Assembly: GCF_001306055.1 (NCBI RefSeq)
Contig: NZ_LGHJ01000018.1
Location: 90,001-122,000, forward strand
Direction: 5' to 3'
Source of the DNA: Bellilinea caldifistulae
Lineage (GTDB): Bacteria; Chloroflexota; Anaerolineae; Anaerolineales; Anaerolineaceae
DNA length: 32,000 bases
The notes below the pieces were generated by a model. It was not told the origin of the DNA, searched no databases, and saw only the letters and a program-made list of their open reading frames with translations. The position numbers were made by a program, and so were the translations under genes. Positions 16,492-26,923 of the stretch are shown in pieces; within the stretch, counting starts at the first letter, position 1; every line of letters starts with the position of its first letter.

Positions 16492-17255
16492 GCGGGTTTT
16501 TGGGCGAAAAACCACACCCGTCCGGAGTCAGGTTGTGCCGGACTTTGGTCGCTCAGGTTACCAAGCCGATCCAGAACGCGAAAGCCAACCTTTTCCAATA
16601 GCGCTTGAATGGTGTCCATCGGATAGGCTCTTTGGGTGTGTATCTCTTCCCAGCGTTCCCATTGTTGGGTTTGATGATTGCGAATAAACAGGATTATGCG
16701 CAGCGATGCTTCGCTCTTCTCGTAATTACATGAAGGGATGTGAATTTCTAACAGGTCTTCATTGTCTTGAGGAATGTAAACGGGTTGTTGCTGCCAGCGT
16801 ACAAAAAGTCCGTAAAGGGTGTTCATATCAAACAGAAACCCTCCTTTGGCTTTCAGGGCGCGGAATACACGCCTGAAAACATTTTCTAAGTCGCTCACTT
16901 CCAGCAGATAATTCATGCTATCGAACCAGCAAGTAACCAGATCAAACTCATTGTCGAAATCTAAATTGCGCATATCGTCCTGAATCAGATGAAAAGGCTG
17001 GCCGGTTTGTCTTAAGCGCATTTCCGCCAGGCGAAGCATCTCTGCAGATTGATCCAGTCCAGTTACCTGCCAGTTGTTCAACAGCATCCCTTCCAGGAAG
17101 GTGCCTTCGCCGCAAGCAAGGTCAAGTAGCTTGCCGGATTTCGGCAAGGAAAATTTTTCCAAAAGGGATGGCAACAAGCTGAGCACCCATTTTGAAAATT
17201 CCGGGTAAGAACCGCGGCTATATACTTCCGCAAATCGTTGGTAAATTTGGTTCAT
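16488..17255 (-). CDS. Class I SAM-dependent methyltransferase
   Basis: It has motif I LLDLACGEGTF and a post-I acidic residue (VTGLDQS). Its stop overlaps the convergent UDG stop within TTAA. Confidence 0.8.
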   Translation of the reverse strand: MNQIYQRFAEVYSRGSYPEFSKWVLSLLPSLLEKFSLPKSGKLLDLACGEGTFLEGMLLNNWQVTGLDQSAEMLRLAEMRLRQTGQPFHLIQDDMRNLDFDNEFDLVTCWFDSMNYLLEVSDLENVFRRVFRALKAKGGFLFDMNTLYGLFVRWQQQPVYIPQDNEDLLEIHIPSCNYEKSEASLRIILFIRNHQTQQWERWEEIHTQRAYPMDTIQALLEKVGFRVLDRLGNLSDQSPAQPDSGRVWFFAQKPA

Positions 17256-17303
17256 ATTGGGATTCCTGATGAATAGTTTGTAAAACCTTTGTACAATTAT
17301 ATC

Positions 17304-17332
17304 TTGTTCCTGCTGACGGGGTGGTTTAGAAT
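17304..17332 (+). promoter_or_regulatory. Candidate promoter placing the transcription start at or next to the ATG of the 17339 gene (leaderless candidate)
   Basis: -35-like TTGTTC (17304-17309), a 17-nt spacer, then -10 TAGAAT (17327-17332). Only 6 nt (GAAGGT) separate the -10 from the ATG at 17339, and there is no SD. Confidence 0.3.
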
Positions 17333-17338
17333 GAAGGT

Positions 17339-18097
17339 ATGAAAAACCGAAAACTACTCTTTCTCATTCCAGTTGTTCTAATCCTGATCATTTTTAGCGG
17401 GTTTTCGATATGGGCTTACACTCCCTTAGGCCCAATGCCAGAGGCTCGCGCAGCGTTGATTAGCGATGATCAGGTTCAGATTCAACCGCAAGATGATTGG
17501 TGGATATTTACTCCCGTTGGGGATCAGGTTTCTAGAGGTTTGATCATTTACCCGGGTGGAAGAGTGGACTGGCGCTCTTACGCGCCCCTTGCCAGAGCCA
17601 TCGCTCAACGCGGCAACCTGGTTGCGTTGGTGCCGATGCCATTCAATCTAGCGGTTTTTTCACCTCAAAAAGGTTTGGAAATCATCCAGGCAAATCCCCA
17701 GATTGCTTACTGGGCAATTGGGGGGCATTCCCTGGGGGGTGCTATGGCGGCCAATTTTGTTTTTCAAAACTCCGGATTGGTACAGGGCTTAGTCTTGTGG
17801 GCTTCATACCCGGCAGAGAATAATTCTCTGAGCAATGTGCCGGTCAAGGTGATTTCAATATATGGGAGTGAGGATGGACTGGCGACGGTAGATGTCGTGG
17901 AAGCCTCTCGCGCCCTCCTGCCGCCGGATACCCATTGGGTTCAAATTGCTGGAGGGAATCACGCTCAATTTGGCTGGTATGGAGATCAGCCCGGTGATGG
18001 GGAAGCGCTGATCAGCCGTGAAGACCAGCAACTGATCGTTGTGGAGGAAACAGCACGCTTTCTGGAAAAAATTTCTTTCCATGGGGTGGACAAATGA
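17339..18097 (+). CDS. Membrane-anchored alpha/beta hydrolase
   Basis: It has an N-terminal TM helix (LLFLIPVVLILIIFSGFSIW) and the nucleophile elbow GGHSLGG. A late His lies in GGNHAQFG. Confidence 0.75.
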   Translation: MKNRKLLFLIPVVLILIIFSGFSIWAYTPLGPMPEARAALISDDQVQIQPQDDWWIFTPVGDQVSRGLIIYPGGRVDWRSYAPLARAIAQRGNLVALVPMPFNLAVFSPQKGLEIIQANPQIAYWAIGGHSLGGAMAANFVFQNSGLVQGLVLWASYPAENNSLSNVPVKVISIYGSEDGLATVDVVEASRALLPPDTHWVQIAGGNHAQFGWYGDQPGDGEALISREDQQLIVVEETARFLEKISFHGVDK

Positions 18098-19062
18098 AAC
18101 CGTTGCGACTGATTGGATTGTTTCTGCTGGTTGCTTTGCTGGTTGTCATCATTGGGCCGCTGATCATACCTGTACCACCTTTACCCGATGCCGTTCCCGT
18201 GACAGCACTGATGGACGATGACAGCCGTTTTGTCGAGGTCAAAGGGATTGATGTGCATTACAAACAATATGGCAGCGGTGAACCAGTGATGATTTTATTG
18301 CACGGTTTTGGGGCAAGCACCTTCTCATGGCGCGAGGTGATGCAGCCACTCGCCCAGTATGGGACGGTGATTGCTTTCGACCGGCCGGCTTTTGGTCTGA
18401 CGGAGCGCCCGATGCCCGGCGAGTGGTCAGGAGAATCACCCTATACCCTTAATTCCCAAATCCAATTGTTGATGGGTTTGATGGATCAGTTAGGCATCGA
18501 ACGTGCGGTGTTGATCGGAAATTCGGCGGGCGGTACCGTGGCTGCTGCGGCGGCGTTGGCCTATCCTGAGCGGGTAAGCGCTCTGGTATTGGTGGATGCG
18601 GCGATTTATGCTGGCGGGGGTGCCCCGGCCTGGATTCGTCCACTTCTGCGAACGCCTCAATTTGACCGTCTGGGTCCATGGTTTGCGCGTTCAATTGCCG
18701 GTGAGCAGGGGGATGCCTTCCTTCGGGCTGCCTGGCATGACCCTTCCAAAATCACCGAGGATATCATTCAGGGTTACCGCAAGCCTTTACAACTGGCTAA
18801 TTGGGATCGGGCTTTATGGGAGTTAACCAAAGCCAGCGGCGAATCCCAACTTGCGGGTCGGTTGAAGGAATTATCCATGCCGGTGCTGGTCGTAACCGGC
18901 GACGATGACAGGATTGTGCCAACTGCCGAGAGTTTGCGGCTGGCAAATGATATTCCCGGCGCAAAACTGGCTGTTTTTCCAGATTGTGGTCACGTCCCTC
19001 AGGAAGAGTGTCCGCAGTCGTTTTTGGAGGCAGTCGTTGGTTTTTTATCAGAAATTAAGTAA
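18094..19062 (+). CDS. Membrane-anchored alpha/beta-fold hydrolase
   Basis: It has an N-terminal TM helix, the HG oxyanion motif LLHGFGAS and the nucleophile elbow GNSAGG. The catalytic His lies in CGHVPQEE. The ATG overlaps the upstream stop (ATGA). Confidence 0.85.
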   Translation: MKPLRLIGLFLLVALLVVIIGPLIIPVPPLPDAVPVTALMDDDSRFVEVKGIDVHYKQYGSGEPVMILLHGFGASTFSWREVMQPLAQYGTVIAFDRPAFGLTERPMPGEWSGESPYTLNSQIQLLMGLMDQLGIERAVLIGNSAGGTVAAAAALAYPERVSALVLVDAAIYAGGGAPAWIRPLLRTPQFDRLGPWFARSIAGEQGDAFLRAAWHDPSKITEDIIQGYRKPLQLANWDRALWELTKASGESQLAGRLKELSMPVLVVTGDDDRIVPTAESLRLANDIPGAKLAVFPDCGHVPQEECPQSFLEAVVGFLSEIK

Positions 19063-19078
19063 CAAGGAGAATGGACAT

Positions 19079-19561
19079 ATGACAAAGCAATTAAAAACAA
19101 ACATTCCAGCCCCCGATTTTGAAGGAGTAGATACCCGCGGAAATACTGTGCAATTGTCCGACTTTCGCGGTAGAAAAATTATTGTTTTGGTTTTCAACCG
19201 CGGGTTTATGTGACCATATTGCGTGAAGCATTTGGCGCAGTTGCGTCAGGATTACGATGAGTTCACCCGTCGAGGTGCTGAAATTATTGCGTTAGGGCCG
19301 GATGGCCCACGTGCCTATCAGAGATTTTGGGAGTTGGAGAATATGCCGTTCATCGGAATGCCCGATATCCGTTCGAAAATTGCGGATAGCTATTATCAGG
19401 AAGTCAATTTGCTCAAACTGGGCAGGATGCCGGCGGTGTTCGTGATTGATAAAAACGGGATCATACGATACAAGCATTATGCTTCCTCGATGTCGGATAT
19501 TCCACAGAATGAAGAAGTCTTAAGGGTTATTGATCAAATCAATGAGGAGCGGTATGAGTAA
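19079..19561 (+). CDS. Peroxiredoxin-like (AhpC/TSA, thioredoxin-fold) protein with in-frame TGA at 19211-19213: candidate selenoprotein (U-P-Y-C)
   Basis: The ATG at 19079 lies 8 nt after AAGGAGA. Track ORFs 18905..19213 and 19223..19561 share one frame and are separated only by TGA plus 3 codons. Read-through gives 160 codons: ...IPAPDFEGVDTRGNTVQLSDFRGRKIIVLVFNRGFM[TGA]PYCVKHLAQLRQDYDEF...PAVFVIDKNGIIRY. The TGA sits at the first redox position of the family CxxC-type motif. Confidence 0.7.
19231..19250 (+). promoter_or_regulatory. Candidate bacterial SECIS hairpin
   Basis: The hairpin is UUUGGCGC-AGUU-GCGUCAGG: 8 bp, including 3 G-U pairs, with a 4-nt apical loop containing GU. It starts 17 nt after the UGA. 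This spacing and loop content are compatible with bacterial SECIS descriptions, but I did not fold or score it. Confidence 0.4.
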
Positions 19562-20186
19562 GACGGCATTAATCTGGGGAGTAACAGGCGGAATTGGCTC
19601 TGCGCTGGCAAAATTATTAGCGAAGGAGGGCTGGCAGGTTGCAGGTACGGCGAGAGATGAAATACAGGCTCGCCGAATTGTCCCCTTAGCCTTTGAGGTG
19701 GATGTTGCTAATCCATTTTCTGTGCGGGAAGGTGTGGCTGCCATTGCGCAGGAAATTATCAGCGTGGATTGGTGGGTTTTCGCAATCGGTGATATACTTT
19801 CAAAATCGGTCAGCGAGATGAGTGATGTGGAATGGCAGAAAATCTTAAACGCCAATTTGAACGGCGTTTTTTATGCAATCCACGAAAGTCAGGCACTCTT
19901 GAGTGACGGAGCGCCGGTTTACATCCTGGGGGCAGTCAGTGAACGAATGCGCCTTCCCGGTTTAGCGGCGTATGCTGCTGCAAAAGCCGGGGTGGAAGCC
20001 TTTGCTGAAGTACTGCGCAAGGAAATGAAAAGAACCGTTGTGGTTGTAAGGCCGGGAGCGGTCAACACCGATCTATGGAAAAAGGTACCCTTTCGGCTAC
20101 CCGCTAATGCACTCAACGCAGAAGATTTGGCTCGAAAGATGTATTCGGCATATCAAAATAACTATAAAGAATTGTTTTTGGATTAA
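19554..20186 (+). CDS. Short-chain dehydrogenase/reductase (SDR) family oxidoreductase
   Basis: It has the cofactor motif GVTGGIGSA and the catalytic YAAAK. The ATG at 19554 is preceded by GAGGAG and overlaps the upstream stop by 8 nt. Confidence 0.85.
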   Translation: MSKTALIWGVTGGIGSALAKLLAKEGWQVAGTARDEIQARRIVPLAFEVDVANPFSVREGVAAIAQEIISVDWWVFAIGDILSKSVSEMSDVEWQKILNANLNGVFYAIHESQALLSDGAPVYILGAVSERMRLPGLAAYAAAKAGVEAFAEVLRKEMKRTVVVVRPGAVNTDLWKKVPFRLPANALNAEDLARKMYSAYQNNYKELFLD

Positions 20187-20187
20187 C

Positions 20188-21441
20188 ATGGTTTGGGATT
20201 ATCAGCATCTGATTTCCAGACGGCTGCTGTTGTGGAGTTCAATCAGCATCGTCGTGTCGGGATTGGTCTTTGGTCGGGGGGATTTTTGGCGCGGCTTTGC
20301 CATTCAGGCATTGGTGTGGGCAGCGGTGGACGCAATAATTGCCGTGTTTGGCTTGCGTTCTTCCTTGCCGCGCCTTTATCTGCCGGTGGATTTGGCAATC
20401 GCAGAGAGAGAAACGAAAAAACTGCGTAAAATTTTATGGATTAACGCCGGTCTGGATGTCCTTTATATTACCGGAGGCAGTTTGCTTTATATCGCCAACA
20501 CTGCTTCCGACCCATTTCTGGCCGGTACAGGTGCAGGCATCATTCTGCAAGGTGGTTTCTTGCTCCTCTTTGATCTGTGGCATGCGCTTCATACCCCACT
20601 GGAAACACGCTTGCCAGATCTGGGCATTTTCAAAGAACCCCAGCATGATACCACCGACTTAATGGGTGAGCATGGCGGAGCAGTACTGGTGGTACATGGC
20701 TTTCCAGGCAGTCCGGCTGAGATGGCTGCGCTGGGAGAGGCTCTGAACAAAGCCGGCTGGCATGTGCGCCTGTTGCGTTTACCCGGACACGGAACGGCTT
20801 TTTCTCAGCTGTTTCAAACCCGCGTCACAGAATGGGTGAGTGAGGTGGAAAAGAACTTGATGGAGTTGCGCCAGAATTTCTCGCCGGTCTTGCTGATGGG
20901 CTATTCTCTTGGCGGGGGGATTTCGATGGCGGTGGCCAGTCGCAGCAAACCGGATGGTCTGATCCTGCTTTCTCCGTTCTGGAAAGCCGAACCCTGGTGG
21001 GTCAAATGGGTGGCGTTACCGGTCAGAACGCTCCTGCCAGTGTCCATCTATCCTTTTCGGACGCGTTGGCTGAAGCCGGAGCAATTCCGGGCTGCTTCAA
21101 CCGAACTGCTGCCGGGATTTGATTTGGATGATCCGCAGGTGCGGCAATCTTTGATGGACATCCGCTTACCCATGGTGTTTTTGGAACAGTTTAGACGGTT
21201 GAGCCAGCTGATCATCAGGGGTTTAGCGCATATTCAGGTTCCAACTCTGGTGGTGCAAGGAAAATACGATCCGGTAGTATCCCCCCAGGGTACGCGGGCT
21301 TTGATCCAGCAGATTCATGCACCCCTCCAGTATGTCGAAACGGAAGGGGATCACAACATAAATCAACGTTCCAACCGCGGCTATGCTGAAACGGAAACCG
21401 CTGTACTAAAATTTGCGGCACAGTTTCAAAAATCCGGTTAA
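20188..21441 (+). CDS. Fusion protein: 4-TM N-terminal domain + alpha/beta hydrolase (carboxylesterase / lysophospholipase-like)
   Basis: The ATG at 20188 lies 1 nt after the SDR stop. Residues ~1-165 form four hydrophobic helices. The hydrolase core follows: VVHGFPGS, nucleophile elbow GYSLGGG and a late GDHN. Confidence 0.8.
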   Translation: MVWDYQHLISRRLLLWSSISIVVSGLVFGRGDFWRGFAIQALVWAAVDAIIAVFGLRSSLPRLYLPVDLAIAERETKKLRKILWINAGLDVLYITGGSLLYIANTASDPFLAGTGAGIILQGGFLLLFDLWHALHTPLETRLPDLGIFKEPQHDTTDLMGEHGGAVLVVHGFPGSPAEMAALGEALNKAGWHVRLLRLPGHGTAFSQLFQTRVTEWVSEVEKNLMELRQNFSPVLLMGYSLGGGISMAVASRSKPDGLILLSPFWKAEPWWVKWVALPVRTLLPVSIYPFRTRWLKPEQFRAASTELLPGFDLDDPQVRQSLMDIRLPMVFLEQFRRLSQLIIRGLAHIQVPTLVVQGKYDPVVSPQGTRALIQQIHAPLQYVETEGDHNINQRSNRGYAETETAVLKFAAQFQKSG

Positions 21442-21446
21442 AAGAA

Positions 21447-21478
21447 TCGGCGGACAGGTGTGATTGCCTGCCCGCCGA
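21447..21478. terminator. Hairpin terminator between convergent genes (better U-tract for eno on the minus strand)
   Basis: TCGGCGGACAGG (21447-21458) pairs with CCTGCCCGCCGA (21467-21478): 12 positions with one A-C mismatch and an 8-nt loop. The minus strand continues with UUCUUUUAA. The plus-strand tail AAUAGUUUAG is weaker. Confidence 0.6.
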
Positions 21479-21495
21479 ATAGTTTAGAGGAACAA

Positions 21496-24595
<3,100 letters not shown>

Positions 24596-24726
24596 TCAGA
24601 AGTGTGGTTCAAAATCTTGATCCGAAAGCACCATGAAAATATCGAATAACCGGTTGTGTGATTCAACAAACCGTCAGGGAAATTGGGTTTCATTGCAAAG
24701 TTTATCATAGATTTTTTGGAATAGGG

Positions 24727-24760
24727 AAAAAAACAACTCTGCTTTGGCAGAGCAGAGTTG
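24727..24760 (-). terminator. Rho-independent terminator of the S1-domain gene
   Basis: On the minus strand: CAACUCUGC, a 9-nt loop, then GCAGAGUUG (a perfect 9-bp stem), immediately followed by UUUUUUU (plus 24727-24733). Confidence 0.8.
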
Positions 24761-24842
24761 AAAGGCTAACCTTAAAAGGACCCGGGAGAAATTCGAATCC
24801 TGCAAGAATTCAAATGTCAGTCAAATCCCTGAAAGCCTGCCA

Positions 24843-25694
24843 TTACTGGGTGGTGCTTTTATGTTCTAAAGTACGGGCCAGAATTTCCTCTTGTTCGTTG
24901 GAAAGGCTTTTTGCCTTTTCTTTTTTGGCTTTTTCTGCTTTTTTGCGGTCTTTGGCACGTTCCATGGCTTCGCGGAGGGCGATTTCCATGGCAGTGGGTT
25001 CACTTTCAGAGGAAGATTCCTCGCCGGCTTGTTGTATTTCGGCGCTTAAATCTCCGAATTCATGATGACGTTCCTGGCGGGAAGTGTTTTTCTTACCGCG
25101 GCGGGGTCTTTCTTTTCCGGATTCTTTTCTGGGCTCTTTGACGGGTTCGGCAACTTCTTCTTGAACTGGTTCTGGCAAAAGGGCTTTAACGCTGAGCTTG
25201 ATTTGTTTTTTCTTTTTGTTGACATCAATGACTTTGGCTTCCAATTCGTCGCCTTCTTTGACTACATCGGATGGGGTTCGTACGTAACCGTGCGCCAGTT
25301 CGCTGATGTGAATCAATCCGGGGCGTTCGGCGCCAATATCCAGAAATACGCCGAAATTTTCAATGCGGACAACTTTGCCTTTGACCACCATATCGGGCTT
25401 GATTTCGCGCCATTCCAGATCAAGTGGTTTGATCATAGTTAACTCGATGCGGTTGTCTTTGATGCGGCGCACCCATACGTCAATGATTTGACCAACCTGT
25501 AGAACATCTTTAACGCTTTTAATCGGTTGATCGGTAAAGGTGGAAATTTGCGAGATGTGAAGGACGGCTTTTTGGCCTTCCGCAATTTCAACTACTGCAC
25601 CGGCAAGGGTGGTCTTGATGACTTTTCCGGCAAACTTCATCTTGGGTTTGATTTCAAGATTTGAGCTGCTTTCCGCAACTGCGGTATTTTCCAT
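24843..25694 (-). CDS. S1 RNA-binding domain protein (two S1 domains + Lys/Glu-rich C-terminal tail)
   Basis: There are two S1/OB repeats (GKVIKTTLAGAVVEIAEGQKAVLHISQIS... and VKGKVVRIENFGVFLDIGAERPGLIHISELA...QIKLSVK). A ~100-aa K/E/R-rich low-complexity tail follows. Confidence 0.85.
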   Translation of the reverse strand: MENTAVAESSSNLEIKPKMKFAGKVIKTTLAGAVVEIAEGQKAVLHISQISTFTDQPIKSVKDVLQVGQIIDVWVRRIKDNRIELTMIKPLDLEWREIKPDMVVKGKVVRIENFGVFLDIGAERPGLIHISELAHGYVRTPSDVVKEGDELEAKVIDVNKKKKQIKLSVKALLPEPVQEEVAEPVKEPRKESGKERPRRGKKNTSRQERHHEFGDLSAEIQQAGEESSSESEPTAMEIALREAMERAKDRKKAEKAKKEKAKSLSNEQEEILARTLEHKSTTQ

Positions 25695-25734
25695 AATACT
25701 TTTCTCCCAAAGGTCTTAATTACTGCGAGGGTTG

Positions 25735-25763
25735 ATTATACCCCTAGCCGGTGGAACTGTCAA
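25735..25763 (-). promoter_or_regulatory. Perfect-consensus sigma-70 promoter of the S1-domain gene
   Basis: On the minus strand: TTGACA (plus 25758-25763), an exact 17-nt spacer, then TATAAT (25735-25740). SD GGGAGAAA follows, before the ATG at 25694. Confidence 0.7.
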
Positions 25764-25813
25764 TTAAAGGAATGAAAGTTTGGCAAATTCGGCTTTAAAT
25801 CAAATGGAAAACC

Positions 25814-26899
25814 TCAGGAATGAAGACTTCGAAAAGAAATCATTCCAAATAAAAATGGCAGCCAGAAGGTATAACCCCTAAATGCGAGGGTAATTACCGC
25901 AGCGGCTTCAATTGGAACAGACAAGGAGCTGAGAGCGAAGGTCAACAACCCCTCAACGATACCAATTCCGGCCGGTGTGGGCGAAATAATCACAAACAAA
26001 TAAGCAATCGAAAATCCCGCAATCAATTGGCCGGGAGTTACGGGAGTGCCAAATGCGAGGAACATCATTCCGAGAATGCTTACCAGAAGCACTTTATTTA
26101 AAAGCGTTAATCCGGCTGGACGTACCCACCCATTGCGAAGATTTTGAATGGCTTTGACCCCTTCGCTGATTTCAGCGGCGAAACGAATAACTCTTTCTTC
26201 ACTGATCAGGGTCTTTTTAAGGATGCAGGCAGTCTGGCGGTTTAAGAAGCGAGCCATTTTCAATAACAGGCGGGTCAGGCGTTCTTCCGAACGGGATGCC
26301 AGATAAACCACCGAAATAATGGCAGATACAAACAATAAGAACAGTATAAAAGCAAAGATTTCAAATGCCCACAAGACCTGATAAAAAGCAAGAATAATCA
26401 AACCAAAAAAAATAATGGTCAGCAGACCGCAGTAATCGAAAATTAGAAATAAGGCGCTTCCGACCATCATTCTCGCAGTGGAATGCCCATTTTTCTGCGC
26501 ATCTGAGTAAAACACAACCATGCCGCTCATACCAGCACTTGGTGCAACCAGATTTATGAAATTAACTGCCATGAACAAGCGGAGTACCTGTAAGAGAGGT
26601 TTGTTGATTCCAACCATCGAAAAAAGCGATTGAAAAGTAGCAGCTGTGACTAAAATCCATCCCAATAAGAGAAGAAGAGCCGCTCCGAGCCAGAGCCAGT
26701 TACCTTTTTGTAAAACCTGCAGGACCTCCTGGACCTCGGTGAATCGGCTGATGATAAAAAGGATGCCCAACAATACGACGAGGGCGATAATCAATTTTTT
26801 CACGGGTTGATTATAAATGAGAATAACCCGAACGAGGAAAAAATACTGGAAAAAAACAAAAAAAGAACTCCCGGCGTTTCCCACCGGGAGTATAACCAT
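25814..26899 (-). CDS. Polytopic membrane protein, UPF0104 / lysylphosphatidylglycerol-synthase-TM-region (flippase-like) family
   Basis: It has about 8-9 TM segments. The N-terminal layout (KKLIIALVVLLGILFIISRF..VQEVLQVLQKGNWLWLGAALLL) is what I associate with this family, but I did not search. A GTG at 26803 (VKKLII...) may be the real start. Confidence 0.6.
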   Translation of the reverse strand: MVILPVGNAGSSFFVFFQYFFLVRVILIYNQPVKKLIIALVVLLGILFIISRFTEVQEVLQVLQKGNWLWLGAALLLLLGWILVTAATFQSLFSMVGINKPLLQVLRLFMAVNFINLVAPSAGMSGMVVFYSDAQKNGHSTARMMVGSALFLIFDYCGLLTIIFFGLIILAFYQVLWAFEIFAFILFLLFVSAIISVVYLASRSEERLTRLLLKMARFLNRQTACILKKTLISEERVIRFAAEISEGVKAIQNLRNGWVRPAGLTLLNKVLLVSILGMMFLAFGTPVTPGQLIAGFSIAYLFVIISPTPAGIGIVEGLLTFALSSLSVPIEAAAVITLAFRGYTFWLPFLFGMISFRSLHS

Positions 26900-26923
26900 G
26901 AAAATTTCATTTTACATGCAGGA

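Noticed and set aside
18905-19078. Upstream extension of the peroxiredoxin-like ORF (track start 18905)
   Set aside because: This part overlaps the end of the alpha/beta hydrolase gene in another frame and has no Prx similarity. The ATG at 19079, with AAGGAGA 8 nt upstream, fits the family N-terminus.
24775-24805. tRNA-like TTCGAATCC T-loop sequence
   Set aside because: No flanking T-stem complementarity, acceptor stem or anticodon arm can be drawn. It lies in the 3' UTR of the S1-domain gene.
24658-25141. Plus-strand ORFs (135 aa, 76 aa) overlapping the 3' end of the S1-domain gene
   Set aside because: They mirror the K/E-rich low-complexity tail, which reads as F/L/S-rich on the opposite strand. 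The first one also spans the S1-gene terminator, so they are not credible genes.
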